The notes beneath the pieces were generated by a model. It was given only the letters and a program-made list of their open reading frames with translations. It ran no database searches and was not told where the DNA came from. The translations under genes were made by a program, and so were the position numbers. From Octopus bimaculoides (lineage: Eukaryota), in assembly GCF_001194135.2 (NCBI RefSeq), contig NC_068985.1, positions 58,509,652 through 58,560,861 of the forward strand: DNA of 51,210 nt, given 5' to 3'. Each line of letters begins with the position of its first letter. Within the stretch, counting starts at the first letter, position 1. Below, one piece after another: positions 1 through 12,506 of the stretch.

Positions 1-989
1 CGTGCTGCTGACCGAGGTGAGAGGGATAACTTCCCTTGGCAAACAGGACACAGTCGTGTGTCGATAAGCCAGCTGGAGGAGATGTCCTCCTGGGGCTAAA
101 AGCAACAGTAACATCCACCCCTAGGGGTCAGCCACACTTAAGTGGCAATATACTACACTTTATCGTGCAGTTACTGTTAATACTTCATTTAGAGAATTAA
201 CATTGCTTATATATATATATATATATATGTATGTATATATATATATAATATGCGTGTGTGTGTGTCTGTGTATGTGTGAATGTATGGATGCATGTATACA
301 TGTGTCTTTGTATACATCACACAGTGTATATATTGAAATATATAGTGAGTGACTACAAGAAAACATGAAGTGTATTAATCAGTACATATGCAGGCGAGGA
401 ATATTATTGATATACTCTCACTTAACGCCAAAAAATCTTTAAGTTTAGCCAACATAGTATGAATAATACCTTCTCTGTCTGTCTCTCTCATTCTGTTTGT
501 ATGTGAGTGTATATATATGAATATGTATACATTTATTTCTATATTTATATTTATAGTTATATTAATATATAGACATGTTGTGTAGGATGTGTGTGTAGGA
601 TGACTTCAAAAGATTTAAATACGCAGAATGAATTATTATAAAGTTAATATTTATTTTCAAAATTTAGAAGAATCTATAGAGACAGTTTAATAGTTTTTGA
701 TCATCAGGTTCAAACAAAATCCAGACATGATAATCCAGGCATGATAATAGGAAGCAATGGAATCGGAAACACGACGAAAAATTCCTTTCGGATCTAGTGC
801 TCGCTTTTGTTAGTCGACTTCGACGACTTGGAAACCTAAAATAAAGTTGTAAGATTTTAAAGTTTCCATTTACAAAACATTTTAGTGGTATGAGGTTCAC
901 TTAGTGTTTATTGTACACCATTGACAATCATTTTCCAGTACAGCTGTTTGCAAACATTATTACGGTAGTCCTTTCTGTTGTATTACGAT

Positions 990-1722
990 GAAAATATATT
1001 AATGCCCCATGTTGCTAGAAAGAAAACTGCACATCTTTGAGGGCTAACTTAAATGTTTGGCAAGACAATAGTCACTGGTGACGAGAAATACGTTCTCTAA
1101 AAAAATGTCAAGCGCCGAAGACTGTGCTGTGGGTAGAGCAAGGAGAAACACGAACACCCTAGGCTAAAGAAGGTCTTCACACACGTAGGGTGTTGTTATC
1201 TTGTAGGATACAGAGTGTTTAGTCCACTTTGAACTTTTAAACCCAAAGCAAACAATAACTAAAGAGATACACTGCGAGCAGTTTTAGTGGTTTAAATCAG
1301 CTCTACAAGAAAAACGATCATCCTTGGTTCCAAGACTAAAGGTGTTCTTCCATCAGTATAATGCTCGGCCACATACAGCGAGGATGATATTCCAAAGGCT
1401 AGAGCAGTTTGAATGGGCAACTATGCCTCAACCACCATATTCACAGGACACTGTCCCATCTAATTATCATTTATTCCGTATTCTTCAAAATCATTTGGAC
1501 GGAGAAAATATGAATTCTGTAGACGAGGTCAGATAGGTACTTGAGGAGTATTTTTCGTTACGGAGAAGTGAATTTTGGAATTGTGGCTTTGATGAAGTAG
1601 ATGGGAAAGCATTGGACAAAATGAAGGAGAGTATATTTTAGATTAAAAAGAACTTCGTCTATCTTCATTTAGAAAAAATAAATGACATATAAGCAAAATG
1701 CATCATTTATAGGATAAGCAAT
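990..1722 (+). mobile_element. Degenerate mariner (DD34D) transposon, 3' part
   Basis: Translation gives IVTGDEK (~1068-1088) and HQYNARPHTA...PQPPYSQDTVPSNYHLFRILQNHLDG (ORF 1324-1536), matching mariner HDNARPH/HPPYSPDLAPSDY. A TIR-like end followed by TA lies near 1720. Confidence 0.85.
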
Positions 1723-2524
1723 ATATATGCAATAAGAAGAATGGGATGAGCAAGTCCTTTTACAACTTGAATGTACAACTGTAATTGTTTCATCTTAATT
1801 CAAAATAATGACATTTGTAGCATTTAATTAATACTACATGCAAATATTGATTACTTTCCATGTGTTATTCAAATGAACTCTCATAACGCATACTGAATAA
1901 GATTGTTCAGAATTGCGTATAAAATATTTGCTGTCGTTCTCTTAAAAACCAATGAATATATACATATAACAATGGCGGTGGTCGCACGATTACATTTACA
2001 TAATACGAAAAACCATCATCGAAAACTGGGGCATTATCATGTATATATTATTTACTTTTTTTTTGTCCCTGCGCAATAAGGCATTATCCGTTCATCAGCT
2101 GGTTGGATATCAGGAACAAGATTTTAAGACTGTCTCATTCAATTGTTGCCAGTGTTTTCTGATTTTTTAAGAGACATTCCGTTGAATAGTTCGGTGGATG
2201 AATATCAAGACTGTATGAAATACTTGATATATATANNNNNNNNNNNNNNNNNNNNNNNNNNNNNNNNNNNNNNNNNNNNNNNNNNNNNNNNNNNNNNNNN
2301 NNNNNNNNNNNNNNNNNNNNNNNNNNNNNNNNNNNNNNNNNNNNNNNNNNNNNNNNNNNNNNNNNNNNNNNNNNNNNNNNNNNNNNNNNNNNNNNNNNNN
2401 NNNNNNNNNNNNNNNNNNNNNNNNNNNNNNNNNNNNNNNNNNNNNNNNNNNNNNNNNNNNNNNNNNNNNNNNNNNNNNNNNNNNNNNNNNNNNNNNNNNT
2501 ACATATATCTATCTATATATGTTC

Positions 2525-2710
2525 ATTCATTATTTGTGTTAGTCATTTGACTGCGGCCATGCCGGAACACGGCTTTTAGTCGAACAAATCGAACACTGGA
2601 CTTATTGATTCTAATCCAAGTATTTATTATATCGGTCACTCTTGCAGGGAGTGCCGGTTGTCAAGCGATAGTGGGGGGACAAACACAGACACACAAATAT
2701 ATATATATAT
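2525..2710 (-). mobile_element. tRNA-derived SINE, 3' half
   Basis: Reverse complement of the 3' part of the SINE at 12229-12724 (gtcatttgactgcggccatg, ttgtcaagcgatagtgggggacaaac). Confidence 0.75.
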
Positions 2711-2711
2711 A

Positions 2712-3559
2712 CTCAACTGAGGAAAGAAAACTCCGAATGACCCATCCTTGTTTTATTTGTATTGTCTATCAGGATGTATTGTCCTCCCATTTTTGTATCA
2801 CCTAACTGGCTGGATGTTTTGCTTTCATGCCCCATCTTGTATGTGTATGTATATATAGCGGCATACGTACACGTTGGTCTCTTATATGTCAGCGTATATT
2901 TATCTAAATCTTGTACGACTCTATTCTTATTTTCTATCAGCCCTTTCACGCTTATTCGTTCATTCCACACTTCGTTCTTTCGTTCTCCCTCTCTCATATT
3001 TCCCTGACTTCTCTTCTTGCTCACTTCCCTCCCTTTTCACTTCACTGTGTTCCTGTCATATTTTTCTCGATCCTTCTTAATTCTTCTGTCTCTCTGCTTC
3101 TACCTCTCTCCCTTCTCTCCCCACGTAATCGGTGTTCGGCCAAGTCTGATCTTTCTCTCTTGGTTCGGCCGTGGACCATGCAACGTGTATATTCTTCCCT
3201 GTGCTTGCGAAGACTTCTATCCTTGCCGTGAGGCTTTATTTCCATACACGTCAGCTTAATTTTTTTAATTCGTCCTTAGTTGAAAGACACCTGTTGTTAT
3301 GTCCTGTTATTTGTATTTGTGTAACATTCTCCTTTTATTACGGCCTTGTTTTCTTATACATTCGGTACTTTTTTTCTTTGGGGCTGGCCAGATTGGAGCA
3401 ATCTCGAGTATAACCAGCCGAAATTGCAATGATAATCTGGAACTAGACTGAGGTAAGAAAACTCCGAATGACTCGTCCTTGTTTTTTTTTTTTTGTCTCG
3501 TGTATCAGGATGTTTTGTTGCGCCTAGATGTTTTGCGTTCATGTCCCATTTAGAATTAT
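2712..3559. repeat. Interspersed repeat with internal direct duplication (possible PLE pseudo-LTR derivative)
   Basis: 2712-2780 is repeated at ~3445-3515 (ctgagg.aagaaaactccgaatgac.c.tccttgtttt). 3210-3559 matches the reverse complement of 11950-12228 plus 12721-12830. Confidence 0.7.
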
Positions 3560-3939
3560 NNNNNNNNNNNNNNNNNNNNNNNNNNNNNNNNNNNNNNNNN
3601 NNNNNNNNNNNNNNNNNNNNNNNNNNNNNNNNNNNNNNNNNNNNNNNNNNNNNNNNNNNNNNNNNNNNNNNNNNNNNNNNNNNNNNNNNNNNNNNNNNNN
3701 NNNNNNNNNNNNNNNNNNNNNNNNNNNNNNNNNNNNNNNNNNNNNNNNNNNNNNNNNNNNNNNNNNNNNNNNNNNNNNNNNNNNNNNNNNNNNNNNNNNN
3801 NNNNNNNNNNNNNNNNNNNNNNNNNNNNNNNNNNNNNNNNNNNNNNNNNNNNNNNNNNNNNNNNNNNNNNNNNNNNNNNNNNNNNNNNNNNNNNNNNNNN
3901 NNNNNNNNNNNNNNNNNNNNNNNNNNNNNNNNNNNNNNN

Positions 3940-3968
<29 letters not shown>

Positions 3969-3973
<5 letters not shown>

Positions 3974-4655
3974 CGGATGTACACTTCGGCCATCTCTTCT
4001 TATACGCATGTAATACAATTTTCCTGAATTTTCAGATTTTTTTTTTATGCTAGGCCATTGGTTTTAAATTGATGTTAATTAAATTAATATTCAATTTATC
4101 ACCGTCAGTATATAAATATAAGTTTTAAATAATTATGTTCTCTAACCAGCAACATCCACTGCAGGGAAATATCTTCTGCAGAACTGTTTCCGGGATTTAG
4201 CGCGCCAGAGCTGAGACATTTGAAAATAACTCCAATGTAATCGGTAGAACTGTTCGCACGTCAAACTTCGTGAAGACAATTCGTGTATAGTTCTGCAAAT
4301 TATATTGAATTAGAACGGTAGTACTGACGAGCCACGGATATTTTTACGTAAGGAAAAAAAGAGTTAATGGCGAAATCCGGTCTACGATTAATTTTTTTAT
4401 TTTGTATATTTTCATTTGTCTTGCCCGCTTATGTTCTAGTGTTTGTTGAATTTTATCTGGATAACATTATTTCTTTGTGTTTAGATCGTATGTAATCTTT
4501 TTCTAGCATATCGGATGTCCACTTAGTGGCTATCCCTTCTTTACGCATGTAATACAATTTTTATGAATTTTCAGATTTTTCATATGCTGGGCCATTGGTT
4601 TTAGATTGATTTTAATTAAAATAATATTCAATTTATCACCTTCAGTATATAAATA
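3969..4655 (-). mobile_element. Penelope-like element 3' relic with ~150-bp direct repeats (period ~538 bp)
   Basis: catatcggatgt...tcagtatataaatata occurs at 3969 and 4507. The minus-strand translation IEYYFN*..KTNGPAYEKSENS*KL..M resembles the GIY-YIG C-terminus (W.I...Y......C.LC..E) of the 20627-21247 ORF. Confidence 0.55.
4317..4389 (+). ncRNA. Putative type I hammerhead ribozyme
   Basis: CTGACGA 4324-4330; stem II GCCA/TGGC with a 33-nt loop; GAAA 4372-4375; TCCGG-TC with predicted cleavage after C4382; stem I GTA/TAC plus wobble pairs. Confidence 0.6.
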
Positions 4656-4692
4656 TATATATATGTATATACATACATGCATACATACATAC

Positions 4693-4729
<37 letters not shown>

Positions 4730-6194
4730 NNNNNNNNNNNNNNNNNNNNNNNNNNNNNNNNNNNNNNNNNNNNNNNNNNNNNNNNNNNNNNNNNNNNNNN
4801 NNNNNNNNNNNNNNNNNNNNNNNNNNNNNNNNNNNNNNNNNNNNNNNNNNNNNNNNNNNNNNNNNNNNNNNNNNNNNNNNNNNNNNNNNNNNNNNNNNNN
4901 NNNNNNNNNNNNNNNNNNNNNNNNNNNNNNNNNNNNNNNNNNNNNNNNNNNNNNNNNNNNNNNNNNNNNNNNNNNNNNNNNNNNNNNNNNNNNNNNNNNN
5001 NNNNNNNNNNNNNNNNNNNNNNNNNNNNNNNNNNNNNNNNNNNNNNNNNNNNNNNNNNNNNNNNNNNNNNNNNNNNNNNNNNNNNNNNNNNNNNNNNNNN
5101 NNNNNNNNNNNNNNNNNNNNNNNNNNNNNNNNNNNNNNNNNNNNNNNNNNNNNNNNNNNNNNNNNNNNNNNNNNNNNNNNNNNNNNNNNNNNNNNNNNNN
5201 NNNNNNNNNNNNNNNNNNNNNNNNNNNNNNNNNNNNNNNNNNNNNNNNNNNNNNNNNNNNNNNNNNNNNNNNNNNNNNNNNNNNNNNNNNNNNNNNNNNN
5301 NNNNNNNNNNNNNNNNNNNNNNNNNNNNNNNNNNNNNNNNNNNNNNNNNNNNNNNNNNNNNNNNNNNNNNNNNNNNNNNNNNNNNNNNNNNNNNNNNNNN
5401 NNNNNNNNNNNNNNNNNNNNNNNNNNNNNNNNNNNNNNNNNNNNNNNNNNNNNNNNNNNNNNNNNNNNNNNNNNNNNNNNNNNNNNNNNNNNNNNNNNNN
5501 NNNNNNNNNNNNNNNNNNNNNNNNNNNNNNNNNNNNNNNNNNNNNNNNNNNNNNNNNNNNNNNNNNNNNNNNNNNNNNNNNNNNNNNNNNNNNNNNNNNN
5601 NNNNNNNNNNNNNNNNNNNNNNNNNNNNNNNNNNNNNNNNNNNNNNNNNNNNNNNNNNNNNNNNNNNNNNNNNNNNNNNNNNNNNNNNNNNNNNNNNNNN
5701 NNNNNNNNNNNNNNNNNNNNNNNNNNNNNATATATATATATACGGAGGGAGAGAGAAAGATGGCAGCGTTTTTTTTACAAGATCGTAACCTTTTTTAAAT
5801 GTGTATCTAACTACGATATTTTGCTGCACAGAACTTTTAGTAAGAAGTAGAACATACATTAAAGATCACCATGACCTCGTTGTCATGACATTTACTAGAA
5901 TACTGGTGTCAAAATGTGGAAGGTATTCATGATTAAAGGTTATGCAACTTATATTACACATACAAGAAAACAAAAAGATGGAATATGTTTCTGTTCCCGA
6001 GGATATGTGTTGGGTATATATATATTTAGTACTGTTTGTTCTTTTCTTTTTGCACATGAAATGAATTATGCTTATAAATGTACGATGTAAGCCGGTGTTT
6101 ATATGTGTATGATGCACACGCACATTCAAAAATATGTGCGTGTGTATGTGTGTGTGCATGTGTGTATGTCTACATATCTAAAGATGTATATATG

Positions 6195-6266
<72 letters not shown>

Positions 6267-6378
6267 TATATTCATACATGCACACATAAACAGGCACATA
6301 TACGTACGTGTATATGCATGTATATGTGTGTGTGTCTCTCTCTCTGTTTGTGCTTGTCTGTGTGTGTATGTGTGTACT

Positions 6379-6413
<35 letters not shown>

Positions 6414-7585
6414 CAGAGGGTGTGAGTGAAAAAGTGAATGAGAGTAAGTGAGGTTGAGCGAGACTGAGAAATAAGTAAATGTAACAGGTTTTGTACACTG
6501 CGCATTATGTATGTATAATTGTATAATTGTATGTATATCTGTATATATGTATGCATGTATGTATTCATATATGTATTGATGTACATACACGCACGCCCTC
6601 ACATGCATTCTCTTACACACCTACAGACACAACCAAAAAGATATTGTAAATATTTTGTTTGAGTAGCTCTAGACAGGACATTATAGATTGAGATAAAATG
6701 ATTGTTTGATGCTCGACATTCACGACTGAAACAACATTGCTAAGTTTAAAGGAAGACGCCTGAATATCTGTCAAGTTATTAACATATCTCAGACAAAACG
6801 ATGTAGTACAGTTTGCAGAAATATTGGAGGAATATCCTGTTGCCCATTAGAGTGAACTATAAAGCTATATCATTCTTTCAATTTATAAGAACAGTGAATA
6901 TTTAATGCATAAAATATGAAATAATGCATATTAGGAAATTTTTCTTCCTATAACGTGTATTGTTGTATCGATATAGTACATTTTGACTTACTGCGAAACA
7001 TATTTTTGATGAGACGAAATAAAAATAAAGAAAAATTCTACAAGAAACTGAAAATAAATATAAACAAAATAAAAGAAGCTACAGTAGGAAACGAAAGAAA
7101 ACGTGAATCATTTTTTTATTGTATTTATTGAAATGAGAGTATATAACATGGTTGAAAAGCAATATCGCTAGATTGCATGTTACAAAATGTAGCCTAGTAT
7201 TGGATATTCTCATATACCACACATGAAATTTAATACAAGATTTTCATTAAAAATATGCGAGAAGCACATATTTCTACAATGTAATTCCCCACAAAATGAT
7301 TAAGCATTGGTATGTGAGTATGTTTAAGTTTATATTTATATTTATCTATGTATGCTTCTGTTTGTCTGTTTGCATGTGGTTGTACATATGGAAGTATAGA
7401 TACACGGCGTTTATTGCGTTGTATTCTAAAGTTTGATATATAACAGACCTATATAGACATTTTTGTACTCAGTTACTCTCTCTGTATTTCAGTTTTTAAC
7501 ACGCAATTCGTGTGTAAGGAAGACATAAGAGTGATGATGATGATGATATATTAAGGTCAAAGATAGTTTAATCAAATAAATATAT

Positions 7586-7660
<75 letters not shown>

Positions 7661-7824
7661 NNNNNNNNNNNNNNNNNNNNNNNNNNNNNNNNNNNNNNNN
7701 NNNNNNNNNNNNNNNNNNNNNNNNNNNNNNNNNNNNNNNNNNNNNNNNNNNNNNNNNNNNNNNNNNNNNNNNNNNNNNNNNNNNNNNNNNNNNNNNNNNN
7801 NNNNNNTATATATATATATATTCA

Positions 7825-8170
7825 ATCGTTGATCTCCGGTCTTACTGAGGTGCTTAATGTAAAGTTTGGTACTTATTCTGTGATATTTCTTTTGCAGAAC
7901 TGCTATGTTAGCGGAACGTAACTATACCAACCAATATGTGTTGTCAAACGATAGTTTACGACCACCTCAAATGCAAAGAAACACACACACACAAACTCAT
8001 ACATATATATACGACTGGTTTCGACACAGCTTCCATCCACCAAGTTCATTCATAAGACATTGGTTGGCCCGGGGCATTCGTACATGGTGCATATTCAAGG
8101 TGCTGCAATATGGGAATGACCTGAAGCCACGTAGTTGCAGAGCGAGCTTCTTCATCCCACCACTAACTAT
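7825..8170 (-). mobile_element. tRNA-derived SINE (diverged copy of the 12229 family)
   Basis: The reverse complement matches the head (...gccccgggccaaccaa...ggtggatggaagctg...gtcgtatatat) and the post-microsatellite part (cttttgcagaactgctatgttagcggaacgtaac). Confidence 0.7.
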
Positions 8171-8269
8171 CGCTAATACGCTGTCGTTAATTAATTCCAC
8201 TACTAATTGGTGTTAAAATGCTTCAGTGTAGCATGGGGTAAGTGCTTGGCTAATGATGTTTGCTAAAAT

Positions 8270-8620
8270 TAAAGCTAGATGAGTTCCTGTGTAACACTGT
8301 CTTCAATAATACCGCATTTCTTGCACCCAAAGACGGAAGTGAGACGTAAGCTACTACGGAGAAGCTGGAAAGACAAAGGGGCGTATACAACGATTCATGC
8401 TTGGAATATCTTTGGTAGTGCACGTACGAAATGAAGTAAGTTGAGAACGGAGTGATTGATGCAATCGTTGACAACTGAAAGTACAAGTTCTGCTAGGCCA
8501 CACATATTGCAAGGAGCACAGCAATAATTTGGCATATGCAGTAGTCGAATGGTGTCTAAAAAGCAGGAATAAGTTACTCAGAAGGTTTTTACAGACGGTG
8601 CGAAGTTGACAGAGTTGAAC
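8270..8620 (+). mobile_element. RTE-clade LINE, 3' ORF relic
   Basis: Fragmented translation DGSET*..EKL, RFMLGISLVVHVRNE, THIARS, NNLAYAVVEWCL resembles RTE YGSETW / MLGISL..HIRNE / GHVAR..NRW...V.EW. Confidence 0.6.
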
Positions 8621-8938
8621 AATTCAAGCCCAAAGGAAAGAGAAATGTATAATCAATATAACTAGTGATATATAAAATATGAATGGCTGATCGATGAGAA
8701 GGAATGTCGATTTAATTCACTTTTTAAAATGTCATGAACAAAATAGACTTGCTTAGCATTTTTAAATACATTTTTACCATGCTACAATTTCGATTTAGGA
8801 TTAATGAGGCTGAAAATATTGTGAAACATGCTTGTTAAACATCTTTACATAGACTTATAAGCACCACATTCGATAAAATGTCATGCGTTCCTACAAAAGA
8901 GACATACGATGTTTATTCATAAGATATGTTAAGTTGTA

Positions 8939-9322
8939 TGTGGAGGCGCAATGGCCCAGTGGTTAGGACAGCGGATTCGCGGTCATAAGATCGTGGTTTC
9001 GATTCCCAGACCGGGTGTTGTGAGTATTTATTGAGCGAAAACACCTAAAGCTCCACGAAGCTCCGGCAGTGGATGGTGGCGAGCCCTGCTGTACTTTTTC
9101 ACCACAACTTTCTCTCATTCTTAATTCCTGTTTCTGTTGTACCTGTAATTCAAAGGGTCAGCCTTGTCACACTGTGTCACGCTGAATATCCCCGAGAACT
9201 ACGTTAAGGGTCCACGTGTCTGTGGAGTGCTCAGCCACTTGCACGTTAATTTCACGAGCAGTCTGTTCTGTTGATCGGATCAACTGGAACTCTCGACGTC
9301 GTAAGCGACGGAATGCCAATAC
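8939..9322 (+). mobile_element. Full-length tRNA-derived SINE with 13-bp TSD
   Basis: A box TGGCCCAGTGG and B box GGTTTCGATTCC. Perfect direct repeat ATGTTAAGTTGTA at 8926-8938 and 9323-9335. Confidence 0.9.
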
Positions 9323-9620
9323 ATGTTAAGTTGTAAGGTTCAATTAGTAATTAGAATTAATGAAGCTGTATTTCTTATCCTGTCAACCTAAAGTATCGTG
9401 TTTACGTTTTAAAATCATTCAACAAGTTTCACACGTAAGCTGAGTATAAATTAGTGATTGTCTCCGTTATTATGTTTAAAATAAAGAACTCAAAAGTTTA
9501 ATCGCCTAATTATTGTCCTATTTAACTTTTATTTTCTCGGACTAATATGTTATCGTTACAAAGATATTCACTCCGAAGTAAAAACAGAAAAATAACATTG
9601 AGAACAGAATTTTTATGTAC

Positions 9621-9651
<31 letters not shown>

Positions 9652-9924
9652 CAGAGAGAGAGAGAGTAATACCTCACTTTACGAGACCCTGGACTTGCGA
9701 ATTATATTTTATAATAAATATAGAAAGTTAAACAGCCATTTTGCGTGTGTAGCAACTGGTTCTGAAGCGTCTACACAGATGCATATACCAAGGGAATAGA
9801 ATGGTGGCACAAAATTTCATTGCAGTATGGGAAATTTTTGCTCTGCTTTAAGAGTCTTCGCATTCCGAGCGGTCTCGTAAAATAGATAGTCATCTCAACG
9901 TTGTGTGCCTATATATATTTATAC

Positions 9925-10317
9925 TCAAATATGAAGTAGGAGCATCTCTAGTGTAAGAAATATTATCAACTACATACACTCGCAATGGATGTTTGCCAAC
10001 AAGCTTCCAGTGGCGCAGTGGATAATACTCTCTTAAGTCGCCGGGTGTTAAAACACCTGAAAGTCATCGATAGACGAGATAACTCAGGTCCAACCCCATC
10101 CAGAAATGATGGACATTGATGTTTCGCCATATTTGTGGCTTATCAGCACCACGTACCCGAACAGGATCGGAGGTGAATCATATCGCTAGTCCACGCCTTA
10201 TATGCACATATTGTGAAAATTATGTAAGATCATGCCTCAACAATCTGGACAATGCTTAAGTAAGAATAAATTCAAATATGAAATAGGAGCAGTGTTAGTG
10301 TAATAAACATCATCAAC
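9925..10317. repeat. ~45-bp imperfect direct repeats, period ~347 bp, enclosing a hammerhead
   Basis: tcaaatatgaagtaggagcatctctagtgtaagaaatattatcaac (9925) versus tcaaatatgaaataggagcagtgttagtgtaataaacatcatcaac (10272). Confidence 0.7.
10106..10152 (-). ncRNA. Type I hammerhead ribozyme with a G8A core substitution
   Basis: Minus strand reads GTGGTG CTGATAA GCCA CAAATA TGGC GAAA CATCAATG TC CATCAT: 6-bp stem I, 4-bp stem II, stem III ACAT/ATGT, GUC site. Confidence 0.7.
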
Positions 10318-10905
10318 CAATATATTTAACGCATATATATTTAATAGTTTGGACTAATGGGTATATGCCCATTAGTGTGTTGAAGTGTTAAGTAGAGTAC
10401 TGGCACAGTTTGGGTTACCTGGTGTCAAGTGCAGTCAGCGTATATTTCCGTTGAATCTAATTCGGGAACTCCGCATTGTTAGTTGAGATAATAATAATTT
10501 CTTAAGTAACGAGATGGATTTGGTATTAATCTTTATTTTGTACAACTGTCGTTTGGACCCTTCATGCTACTGCCCCTTATGGGTGCCACACTCCATTGAA
10601 CATGTTGTGTTGCATCTATTTTGCACTCTGGGTCTCATCAGGTACATCCATGCAAAATATTGTGTCTCACTACAGATCCTAAGTTTCGGTTGTCATGTTG
10701 CTGTATGCTCGTCTGGTTAGGGAATGAAACGTTGCTACAATTTTCAATTTCTATTATCTTTCTTCAATAAGAGATGCAAACAATAGTAAATGTAGACAAA
10801 TAATTGGTAATAGAAAAAATTGTAGAAGTTAGTGGAAGTAATGGAAGTTAAACTATCATTATATAACCTATCATTATACATATATGTTCACATTCCTTTC
10901 TTTTT

Positions 10906-10907
10906 TG

Positions 10908-10991
<84 letters not shown>

Positions 10992-10992
10992 T

Positions 10993-11024
<32 letters not shown>
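10906..11024. repeat. Compound (TA)n(TG)n(AG)n microsatellite
   Basis: Direct reading. Confidence 0.95.
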
Positions 11025-11025
<1 letters not shown>

Positions 11026-11909
11026 TATGTATTTATGTATGTGTGCTGTGAATGTGCACTTGTGTCTATACAAATGTAACTAAGTATATCTGCGTATGCG
11101 TGTATTTATTGTATATATGTATGGATAGGATAGGACGAGGGTTGAAAGTTTTATGTTAATTCGTTTGCCAGAACCACTTAATTTGTCCCCTTTAACTGTG
11201 AAAGTGTCTGTCACGTGTTCGATGACATTTTAATTACCACTCACTGCTACAATTTCTCTTAATTAAACCATAAACTAATTTAGATAACTGAATTTAGATA
11301 TTATTGTTCTATGATACAATTGTTTCTCATTTGCCTGTTTTAAGCCACACCTTTTTTAGCGTATATTTTCCAATTTTAAATTTAAACTAACCACTAATCC
11401 ATCTCACTAATCCTTCCCACTAAACCATCTAATATTAGATTTGTCCGGGCCGGTGTAAAATATCTCTCCCGTTTAAGACCTCACTTGTCCAAAATTTTAC
11501 TTGATGATGGTGGATTAAATATTATTGTTCAACCTTCTATGAATGCCTTAATAAAATTCTTCCGAAACAACCGTCGGAATTTGAAACGCCGTTTATATTT
11601 AATTTTTATAGCGACACCGCATCAAGAACCAAACATCGAGTCGGATCTACGGTTCAAATTGGATTTGCTTGTTGCATATTTACAGCATCCTACCAAAACT
11701 CGATGTCTTCAATGATGTTTAGCTTACTGTGAGCTATGCGTTATCGTACCTAGCCATTCCAGCCGCCTTAAGTATTGAGGTATCTCGATTCTAATGGATC
11801 CTTCGAATTAAATAATGTAAATAAATAAATAAATAAATATGTGCGTGTTTTAAACACACGCACCAACACACATACCCACACATGCATATATATGTAGTCC
11901 TGTGTATGT

Positions 11910-11948
<39 letters not shown>

Positions 11949-11949
11949 T

Positions 11950-12417
11950 ACAACATGGGACAAGAACGCAAAACATCCACACAGGTGATACAAGAAAGGG
12001 ACAACAAAGCACCTAGATAGACATTACAAAGAAAACAAAACAAGAGCGGGTCATTCGGAGTTTTCTTTCTTCAGTCGAGTTCCAGATTATCTTTGCAATT
12101 TCAGCTGGTTATACTCAAGATTGCTCCAATCTGGCCAGCCCCAAGGAAAAACTAATCTACGAGCATTAGATTCCTTGGAAGAAAGCAACGAACGTATACG
12201 AAAACAAGGACGAAAAAAAAAAGGAATAGGCGCAGGAGTGGCTGTGTGGTAAGTAGCTTACTTACCAAGCACATGGTTCCGGGTTCAATCCCACTGCGTG
12301 GCACTTTTGGCAAGTGTCTTCTACTATAGCCTCAGGCCGACCAAAGCTTTGTTAGAGGATTTGGTAGACGGAAACTGAAAGAAGCCCGTCGTATATATGT
12401 ATATATATATATGTATG

Positions 12418-12455
<38 letters not shown>

Positions 12456-12456
12456 C

Positions 12457-12506
<50 letters not shown>

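Noticed and set aside
1-160. GC-richer fragment with ggggctaaaagcaacagt, loosely like the arms at 14349-14643
   Set aside because: Similarity is too short and the fragment is cut by the window edge, so no family can be assigned.
695-720. CTGATGA on the minus strand (also near 2093)
   Set aside because: No properly placed stem II, GAAA or NUH; chance heptamers.
10000-10030. tRNA-Arg-like 5' segment ccagtggcgcagtggataa
   Set aside because: No B box, anticodon arm or cloverleaf follows; not a tRNA gene.
11485-11715. 76-aa ORF with non-repetitive composition
   Set aside because: No recognisable motif or convincing splice context; TTG start.
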